IMG/VR virus record: IMGVR_UViG_3300046517_002304
Span: 186,001-250,000 of that record
Strand: one strand, 5' to 3'
Length of the DNA stretch: 64,000 nt
Shown: piece by piece, positions 56,231 to 63,622 of the stretch
How positions within the stretch are numbered: the stretch's first letter is position 1
Layout: every line of letters begins with the position of its first letter
Position numbers and translations under genes: made by a program
Notes under the pieces: generated by a model
What the model saw: only the letters and a program-made list of their open reading frames with translations
Databases searched by the model: none
Told to the model about the DNA's origin: nothing

Positions 56231-56983
56231 TTAGTTATTGTTATGATAATATAAGCTAAAATTACCGTCATTATCTTCAATGATAGCAGAACAACTTTCA
56301 ACAAAATCGCCACAATTCATGTATTTAAACCCATTGATGTCTTTGATTTCAGCATGATGAATATGTCCGCATATAACTCCATCACATCCATTTTTAATGC
56401 CGTATGAGACAAGACAATCCTCAAAATCAGACATATAATTAACTGCGCTTTTTACATTATACTTGACCGCCTTGCTTAAAGACCACTTTTTAAATCTAAA
56501 TATCTGCCTTATTTTATTCACCAGGTGATTTAGCCTAAGTAAAAACTCATACCCTATGTCACCTAAAACACACAGCCACTTAGCGTGTTTTGTAACTAAA
56601 TCAAATGCATCGCCATGAATAACCATCATTTTTTTGCCGGCAGCGCTTTCGTGTATGACTTCGTTAGTAATTGTTATATTTCCAAAACTTAAAATATGAT
56701 ATTGATCGATAAATTTTCTAATAAACTCATCGTGGTTTCCAGCGATTAAATAAACCTTAGTGCCTCGTTTTATGAAGCCAAAAATCTTTCTAATAAGAAG
56801 CGTAGCGTTATCGTCCCAATACCAATTTCTTTTTAATTTCCATCCGTCAATAAAATCGCCAACGATATAGATAAATTCTGGCTCGTCCTTTTTGACGGAT
56901 GTTAAAAAATCAATTAGCTCTTTTGTGTGAGCATGCCTAGATCCAAGATGTATATCGCTAATAAATAGGCTACGTATTTTCAT
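56231..56983 (-). CDS. LpxH-like (UDP-2,3-diacylglucosamine hydrolase family) metallophosphoesterase
   Basis: SDIHLG, VGDFIDGW, GNHDE, HGDAFD, CGHIH and NCGDFVE. Confidence 0.88.
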   Translation of the reverse strand: MKIRSLFISDIHLGSRHAHTKELIDFLTSVKKDEPEFIYIVGDFIDGWKLKRNWYWDDNATLLIRKIFGFIKRGTKVYLIAGNHDEFIRKFIDQYHILSFGNITITNEVIHESAAGKKMMVIHGDAFDLVTKHAKWLCVLGDIGYEFLLRLNHLVNKIRQIFRFKKWSLSKAVKYNVKSAVNYMSDFEDCLVSYGIKNGCDGVICGHIHHAEIKDINGFKYMNCGDFVESCSAIIEDNDGNFSLYYHNNN

Positions 56984-58019
56984 TTACTATATTTATGACC
57001 TTTTGAACTCCATTTACCATTTTACTTTCTGATGGCTTAAAATTATTGACGAAATTAATAACCACTTTTTCATTTAACTTACTGGCGCTGCAACTTTGTC
57101 CAATCTTTAATTTGTCAACATAGAATGCATTTATATGCTGTTCATACTGGCCTGGTTCTGGAACAACCAGCATTGGTTTGTTGTAGAATCTAGCCTCTGT
57201 TATCAACTGATTACCTGCTGTAGATATTACACATTGACAATTTGCCAAGTCTTTGATAAAGAACGGAGACAAGCCATGAAAACTAAAGTTTTCTTTATCA
57301 AAGAAGTAGTTTTTGTTTTTGTTATCTATATGCCCATAAACATGGAGCGGTATATTTAGATTTCTAAGAGAATCAAGTATTATATCGCTTACGGTTCCAC
57401 GAAGATACACTAGGACAAAGCCTTTATTACTAGGGGTAATTTGGTCCATTCCCTTCCTTAGTAGACCGTATGTAAGCGAAACATTTGGATTGTTTGGAGT
57501 TAAGTTATCAAAGTTGAAAGTAGAAATAATAGTTTTATATGGATTGGGCACCATATACTCTACGGTAAGTTTCGCCATTCGGCAATATAGCTTTAAAAAG
57601 GCAGGAAGATCTGATAAATCGCAATCAAGAAAGCGATGCTGATTATCAACGGATATAAATTTTTTATTTAACAGATTGGCAACTCTCGGCATAGATGGCT
57701 CAAAATCCGTCATGAATAGGCATGGGTTTAATTCATCTGCTTTGGTCTTTATGTAATCTAAGTTCTTTTTAATCTCATGTTTAAAGAAATTATAAGTAGT
57801 TAATCCAGTCTTTAGATAATTAACGTGATTATGTCTGTAAGAAAACAAAATGCCGGCAATGTTATGTCTATTCTGGTATTTTATAGTTTTTAAAAATTCG
57901 TAAGCTTTGCCAAATGTAAAAATATGAAATTCATATTCTGGCATGTGCTCTACAACAGAGAGAGTTCTTGTGATATGACCTAGACCTTCGCCAGCAACAC
58001 CATAGAAGATTCTTTTCAT
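56970..58019 (-). CDS. MJ1255/VC2487-like GT-B glycosyltransferase
   Basis: IFYGVAGEGLGHITR, TDFEP, VDNQH, ISTAGNQLITEA and GQYEQHINA. Confidence 0.85.
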   Translation of the reverse strand: MKRIFYGVAGEGLGHITRTLSVVEHMPEYEFHIFTFGKAYEFLKTIKYQNRHNIAGILFSYRHNHVNYLKTGLTTYNFFKHEIKKNLDYIKTKADELNPCLFMTDFEPSMPRVANLLNKKFISVDNQHRFLDCDLSDLPAFLKLYCRMAKLTVEYMVPNPYKTIISTFNFDNLTPNNPNVSLTYGLLRKGMDQITPSNKGFVLVYLRGTVSDIILDSLRNLNIPLHVYGHIDNKNKNYFFDKENFSFHGLSPFFIKDLANCQCVISTAGNQLITEARFYNKPMLVVPEPGQYEQHINAFYVDKLKIGQSCSASKLNEKVVINFVNNFKPSESKMVNGVQKVINIVNENT

Positions 58020-58023
58020 ATTG

Positions 58024-58029
58024 TATCTA
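58024..58029 (-). promoter_or_regulatory. Late-promoter-like TAGATA
   Basis: 4 nt before ATG 58019. Confidence 0.4.
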
Positions 58030-58078
58030 TATGAAGCACGGTCATACTGTTAGTATTTTTTATTAAGTGTTTTAAAAA

Positions 58079-60193
58079 TTAAACAGTTTGCGAAAGCTGA
58101 TAGGCCGTAAAGTTTTTATTTGCCGTTTTGTCTCTCGGTTCTAAAACAATTTTTGCGTGGATTTTCATCATCGGCTCTTGGAACTCTGGATCTTTTGTCC
58201 TTACCGATGTTTGAATTGCCTTTTTTAGAATTGGCATCATTTCAGATTCAAATTTAGAATTATACTCTACGCTTACATTATTATGTTCGTCCGAATGCAA
58301 TATCACCAATCCCTTTTCATCATATGCAACACCAACAGATATCTCGGATGCGGCGGCATATATGTCTTCGTTATCTGGCTCTGCCTCATATTTCCAACTT
58401 TCTTCTTCTTCCTCTTGTTTTAGTTGCTTAATCTTCCACTCAACATACTCATTATAATACTTTGTTTTTATTAGTTGCTCAAGGTCTTCATTTGAAATAT
58501 CATCTGGTACATCAAGCGATTCATCGCTAGCAAAATCATCCATGTCATATCCAATATCATTCATTACTTCTTCTTTATCTTCTCCGTAAGATTCCGATGG
58601 CTTAGATTCAACGTTTCCCTGAGCTTTCTCCATAGCAGCTTCATATGCGTCATCGTGTACTTCGTCAAAATCAACTATTTCATTTGAGATAAAATCTTCT
58701 TCATCTATGCTGTCGCCTCTGTAGGAAACGTATTTATCTGGTACGTCTTCCCATGTTTTCATGCCATCCTTAAGCACTAGGTATTTCCACGCAAGCTCGC
58801 CTATAATAAACTTATTGTTTTCGGTTTTTTGTCGCGCAGCTTCCTTTCTGTCTTCGTCTGCCTTAGTATGTTGGGCATGGGCATCATCTATATGAGCCAT
58901 TATTCTAGGATCAATCTGGAGATACTTAGAAAGCTCTTTTATGTTTGTTACAGCATGCTTTTCCAGTGGCTCGCCAGGATTCTCTAAATATGAATTTAGT
59001 TCTTGCGTATACTCTTGCTTAAATTTGTTAAATTGTGATGGAATAAGAGACTCTAGGGCGGCAGAGTGTTTAAAAATATTTATTGCATCGTAATAACTCT
59101 GTTCACGTATATTTTCTATAACATCATTTACGTTATCGTCTAAAAATTTGGCTATGTAAAAGATTACAGAGCCTCTATTGGTTTTGTCTGCCGCAGCCTT
59201 GTTCATAATATCATACAGATACTTGTTATCTTTACTAACAGCCCGAATAAAGAAATGTAGTATTTCATCATCGGCATAACTGGCTTTTATAAATTTACTT
59301 ACATCATTTAAAGGCACTCTGGTATTGGCTGGCTTAATGTCTAGAGCAGGATGCTTTCTCCCTCCAGAAACCGTTGTGCCGACACCATTGATTCTATGCA
59401 TTACCATTTCGTGTGCATTAGGATATCCTTTTAACATTGTATCTGCTAAAAACTTTAAGTAAGCTACATTATTGTTATATTCATTTTGCCATTTGTCTTT
59501 CGCCTCATGACCAGTTTTGCTATGGACGGTTTCTATAGTACGTCCACTCATCCTATCTCTAATTTCATAAAACTCCATTAAATCATTATCGATCAACGGT
59601 TTAGCAGCCTGCTTCATCATGTCAAGAACGCCATCAATAGCATGTTGCGGGTGTTCGTTTCTAAAAAAGTAAGACCAAGAACCAGATGCTTTTGATACAG
59701 AAATGCCAGTAGTGATTTTTTGTGCATTGGATGCGCCAGCCTTAATGTCTGGGACTGCCGAAACTTTATGCTGAGTGTCCTGCGCATTCTTAAACTTATT
59801 TAATAAATCCTGTTTTTCAGGTTCAAACTCATCGCTTTTAATGTTCTTAACAATATTAGACCAGTCTGATTCGCCTTCTTTATATGGAACCGGCTTACCG
59901 GCCTTAGATTGTAATAACGGCGCTAAAGTTTTGATAAAGCTAATGTCTACGCCTTTTCCTGCCTCAATAGGATTAGTTTTGGTAATGCCAACGTGTGTCG
60001 GCCTCTGACTTATAGAAACATATCCTACTCTTCTTGCTTGATACGGTGCAATAAAATAAGTAGACCATTCGGTATCCGTCTGATAGTTGAACTCTTTAAT
60101 GAAATGTGGCTCAACGACATGAAGAGTGGATTCGCCTATCCCATCTTGGATGACGATGCTTTCTGATAACAGGAGCCACTCTTTGAAATTCAT
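58079..60193 (-). CDS. Large hypothetical protein with FKEWL N-terminal motif and acidic C-terminal third
   Basis: 704 aa; MNFKEWLLLSE; TAAATA-N4-ATG. Confidence 0.65.
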   Translation of the reverse strand: MNFKEWLLLSESIVIQDGIGESTLHVVEPHFIKEFNYQTDTEWSTYFIAPYQARRVGYVSISQRPTHVGITKTNPIEAGKGVDISFIKTLAPLLQSKAGKPVPYKEGESDWSNIVKNIKSDEFEPEKQDLLNKFKNAQDTQHKVSAVPDIKAGASNAQKITTGISVSKASGSWSYFFRNEHPQHAIDGVLDMMKQAAKPLIDNDLMEFYEIRDRMSGRTIETVHSKTGHEAKDKWQNEYNNNVAYLKFLADTMLKGYPNAHEMVMHRINGVGTTVSGGRKHPALDIKPANTRVPLNDVSKFIKASYADDEILHFFIRAVSKDNKYLYDIMNKAAADKTNRGSVIFYIAKFLDDNVNDVIENIREQSYYDAINIFKHSAALESLIPSQFNKFKQEYTQELNSYLENPGEPLEKHAVTNIKELSKYLQIDPRIMAHIDDAHAQHTKADEDRKEAARQKTENNKFIIGELAWKYLVLKDGMKTWEDVPDKYVSYRGDSIDEEDFISNEIVDFDEVHDDAYEAAMEKAQGNVESKPSESYGEDKEEVMNDIGYDMDDFASDESLDVPDDISNEDLEQLIKTKYYNEYVEWKIKQLKQEEEEESWKYEAEPDNEDIYAAASEISVGVAYDEKGLVILHSDEHNNVSVEYNSKFESEMMPILKKAIQTSVRTKDPEFQEPMMKIHAKIVLEPRDKTANKNFTAYQLSQTV

Positions 60194-60197
60194 ACCT

Positions 60198-60203
60198 TAT
60201 TTA
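60198..60203 (-). promoter_or_regulatory. Late-promoter-like TAAATA
   Basis: 4 nt before ATG 60193. Confidence 0.6.
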
Positions 60204-60231
60204 CTTTGGAAGACAATCTTTCTACAACTGA

Positions 60232-60239
60232 TATAAATA
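60232..60239 (+). promoter_or_regulatory. T4-type late promoter TATAAATA
   Basis: Exact consensus, 4 nt before ATG 60244. Confidence 0.75.
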
Positions 60240-60243
60240 CTAT

Positions 60244-61593
60244 ATGAACTTCAAGGTGTGGCTAGAAGCAATACTAGACCCAAATGTAAAATACTTAGGT
60301 AAATACCCTAACGATTACGGCGATAAAAAGCCACGCCTTGGTAGGGGAGCTTATCTTAAACTAGATACTAATGGTCGCGTCACATCCTTAACCCAAGACG
60401 ATTGGGAACGGGGCACTCCATATATACAAATACAGCCGAATCACTCAATATCTTTGCACAAGATAAGCCCTCAATCGCCTGATTTTGCTAAAATTATAAA
60501 AGCATTAAAGCCAAAGTTCCATGATATAGGAAATTGGCAAGTTGAGTATTTCTTTATGGCAAGCCATTTAGTAACCGGTAATGAAAAATATTATCGTACA
60601 GTAGATTACTGGCTTAAACATACTGTTAATATTAACGATACCTTGCCCGAATTCTTTTATCACGGAACATCCACCAATCAGTGGTATGAAGGCATTAAGA
60701 AAAATGGCTTACTACCAAGAAATATTACCGGATCTGCCGGAGGGTATGGTTCACAAAACGCAAGTTCTTTAAGCAAAAAAGGTATAGTTTATCTTTCTAC
60801 TCATCCCGACGCGGCCACAAGAACCGCAGCAGAACAGGCGGCAAACAAACATGGTGGAGTGCCGCTGATACTGAAAATCAATAGTTCTGGGATATTCAAG
60901 GATAAATTAGTACCAGATGAAGATTCAAGGCAACCAAATGCCCAAAAGTCAATCGTTAAAATGTCAACTGTAGGATATGAAGGGCGAGTACCTCCATCGG
61001 CCATAGAGCCATTTTTACTTGGTAATGAATATGAAAAAAATAGTCGGCTTTATACTAAATGGGAAAAATTTAAAGACGTTCCAGTTGCCGAACATCCATT
61101 AACCGCACGTTTAAAATCTGGAATGACGCCATACAGCAATGATCCAGAATACTATATTTTGAGGGATGCGGGAATTATTAAAAGAGAAAAAACAAGAAAC
61201 CCTACTAGTGGCTGGCCATCTGAAAACGACGTTCAAACTAGAGAAGTAAGCGACGAAGAGTTACGCAAATTACTTAAAAATGGTGGGTGGGCAAACACTG
61301 CTAGGGCGATTAGTACTGATTTAAACAATGGCTATCAAGGATGCATATACAGCTTAAAAGACATCACCCTGCCGCCTAACATGTCGCCAGAATCGGAAAG
61401 TATAATTAAGATGCTAACTGACAGTAGGCTATGCGGCACTGATACTCGGGGCGAAAAGAGGTATATCTATTTAAACAACTACGATTCAATGGATAGGGTA
61501 ATTGCCTTAGCTAAACTTCTACATGCTAAAAAGATGGACATGGACGATCTATGCCGAGAAATAAAAACTATTACGGCGTTGCCATTAGACTGA
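60244..61593 (+). CDS. ADP-ribosyltransferase/Tpt1-fold domain protein with FKVWLE motif
   Basis: FYHGTS..IKKNGLLP..VYLST..A..A..LILKI..VPPSAI. Confidence 0.7.
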   Translation: MNFKVWLEAILDPNVKYLGKYPNDYGDKKPRLGRGAYLKLDTNGRVTSLTQDDWERGTPYIQIQPNHSISLHKISPQSPDFAKIIKALKPKFHDIGNWQVEYFFMASHLVTGNEKYYRTVDYWLKHTVNINDTLPEFFYHGTSTNQWYEGIKKNGLLPRNITGSAGGYGSQNASSLSKKGIVYLSTHPDAATRTAAEQAANKHGGVPLILKINSSGIFKDKLVPDEDSRQPNAQKSIVKMSTVGYEGRVPPSAIEPFLLGNEYEKNSRLYTKWEKFKDVPVAEHPLTARLKSGMTPYSNDPEYYILRDAGIIKREKTRNPTSGWPSENDVQTREVSDEELRKLLKNGGWANTARAISTDLNNGYQGCIYSLKDITLPPNMSPESESIIKMLTDSRLCGTDTRGEKRYIYLNNYDSMDRVIALAKLLHAKKMDMDDLCREIKTITALPLD

Positions 61594-62115
61594 CATTAAG
61601 TGAGTTCTTTGAATCTGCTTGCCTACCCCGCCTGGCGGAGGTAATGGCGAAGGTGGATTCCTATCATCATCGCCGCCATTATCGTTATCATGGCCATTAT
61701 AAAAGCCATAAATAGCATTCTCAATAAAATGCACAACTTGCGCCGGCGATTTCAATGGAGTTTGAGGATGTAAATTGTCTGCTATGGAATGAGATAAATT
61801 ATCTCTCTGCATTCTTAGATTTACGAAAAACTTAAGGAACTTATTACCAGTAGCGTGGTCATATTGTAAATTATCCACATCATCGCCAGCGGCCTTATCA
61901 ACCACAACATCTACAGTGGCAAGAAATACGTCATTCTTATGAATACCTCTTCCAGTAAAAGATAGGCGATTATGAAAGCTATATTTTGGATCAAAGTTTA
62001 CTTCTTTCCAATCCATAGTCCAATTACCGGCTATATGTTTGGAAAAAGCTTGCTTAAAATCATTGGCTAAATTAGATAATGATTGGCTATGCTCAACAAA
62101 TAGTTTAAACTTCAT
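61585..62115 (-). CDS. Hypothetical protein with FKLFVE motif
   Basis: MKFKLFVE; TAAATA-N4-ATG; D/G/P-rich tail. Confidence 0.6.
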   Translation of the reverse strand: MKFKLFVEHSQSLSNLANDFKQAFSKHIAGNWTMDWKEVNFDPKYSFHNRLSFTGRGIHKNDVFLATVDVVVDKAAGDDVDNLQYDHATGNKFLKFFVNLRMQRDNLSHSIADNLHPQTPLKSPAQVVHFIENAIYGFYNGHDNDNGGDDDRNPPSPLPPPGGVGKQIQRTHLMSV

Positions 62116-62119
62116 ATAC

Positions 62120-62125
62120 TATTTA
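62120..62125 (-). promoter_or_regulatory. Late-promoter-like TAAATA
   Basis: 4 nt before ATG 62115. Confidence 0.6.
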
Positions 62126-62129
62126 GAAG

Positions 62130-62381
62130 TTAATATCCGTAATCTTCGGAATAATCGCCGTCCATAGGATCAATTATAACGTCAGCATCATAGGCCCACT
62201 TAGATAATAGCCTAGATACTTCTTCATAATTCCAGAAGCAGCTTACCATAATTGGACTTTCTTCCCCACAGCTCGGGCCAAATGATCTAATAATGCTTAT
62301 AATTTCACTATCCCATTCACCGGAGGTCCATCTAATATGATAATCGTAAAGTCCAACTCCGCTGAAGTCAAATAGTTTCAT
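62130..62381 (-). CDS. Small acidic hypothetical protein
   Basis: 83-aa ORF. Confidence 0.5.
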   Translation of the reverse strand: MKLFDFSGVGLYDYHIRWTSGEWDSEIISIIRSFGPSCGEESPIMVSCFWNYEEVSRLLSKWAYDADVIIDPMDGDYSEDYGY

Positions 62382-62422
62382 CTGGTAAATCTCTTATTAA
62401 AAATCCACTAATATATATTAGT

Positions 62423-63622
62423 ATGCGATTTTCTCAATTCTTGACAGAAATTAGGACTCCTCCACATATGCCTCTGAAGTATTTCAGAGATAAGCTGGCC
62501 AGCATTTCTGCTATAGAGCAAAATCTGAGTGAATTTGTTTTAAACTATGAAAAATTTCAAGATATTTTATATGATTTCAATGGTACTTCCAACTATTACA
62601 GAATCCGCTTACCATGGGAAATTGGAGAAAAATTAGGCAAAAATACATCATATAAAGATTCATTTTCAGAGCCGATAAGAAGACTATTTCAATATTTAGA
62701 GTTTGATAATCCTCACGGTTGGGAAAAATTTCTGCCAAACATTCTTCCGTTCGGAGAAGAAGGATATCAAGCTTTTATTACAAAGCATCAAAAGACATTG
62801 AGGAAAATGACTCAATTTATAAAAGCTGCGCCTGATTTAGTTAATGAAATAAAAAGTGTTGCTGAATATTTGCAGGGTGGAAATCAAGCCGAGCCAGGAG
62901 CGCCGACTTTAGCAGAGGCAGTAGGGTACGTGAATTACATTGCCAATGGATATCAAAATATAATGAAGTTGCTAAAAGAAGTTTTTGATCTTGAACATAA
63001 ATTAAAAGCGTATATGGAAAGAATACAACTTAATAAAGAGAGACAGTGGAACAGCACCGGAGAAGATATCAAGCCGAAACACGAAGGCACAGAAACATTA
63101 TATCATGCTACAATTGCCGCAGATGCTATTATAAACGGCGGATTTAAAACAAGAGCAGAATTAGGCCATAACGGAGCCTTAGGTGGTGGGCCGAGTGATG
63201 TAGTAAGTTTTACCGCCGACCTAAGAATAGCTAAAGAAATAAGCAAGAACCTAAGAATTGTAGTCAGAATAGCCAAAGGATTAATTAAACCAGAAGAAAT
63301 ACTAAAAATGGCCGCAGACGATAATGTTGACATTAGTAGATTTGACGCTCCCCGTAGTTATGCTCGCCATAAGACAGATGATCCAAAGATGACCTATGAG
63401 TTATTCAGAAGCTTTTTAGCACAGGCACATTTTGATAACAAGCATTATGACCCGTTATTCTTCGACGTATCTTTAGATGATTTGAAAAATGTAGATGAAC
63501 GACAAATTGGCGTACTAGCTTGTAAGGTTGATATGAGCCAAGTGAAAGATTATCTCACATCTATGGAAGAGTATAGAGCGCCGCCTAGTGCAGTTTTAGG
63601 TGTTAGAAAGGCTATAGGATAA
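62423..63622 (+). CDS. Protein with C-terminal ADP-ribosyltransferase-fold domain and FSQFLTE motif
   Basis: TLYHAT..IINGGFK..VVSFTADLRIAK..MEEYRAPPSAV; TATATA 5 nt upstream. Confidence 0.6.
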   Translation: MRFSQFLTEIRTPPHMPLKYFRDKLASISAIEQNLSEFVLNYEKFQDILYDFNGTSNYYRIRLPWEIGEKLGKNTSYKDSFSEPIRRLFQYLEFDNPHGWEKFLPNILPFGEEGYQAFITKHQKTLRKMTQFIKAAPDLVNEIKSVAEYLQGGNQAEPGAPTLAEAVGYVNYIANGYQNIMKLLKEVFDLEHKLKAYMERIQLNKERQWNSTGEDIKPKHEGTETLYHATIAADAIINGGFKTRAELGHNGALGGGPSDVVSFTADLRIAKEISKNLRIVVRIAKGLIKPEEILKMAADDNVDISRFDAPRSYARHKTDDPKMTYELFRSFLAQAHFDNKHYDPLFFDVSLDDLKNVDERQIGVLACKVDMSQVKDYLTSMEEYRAPPSAVLGVRKAIG

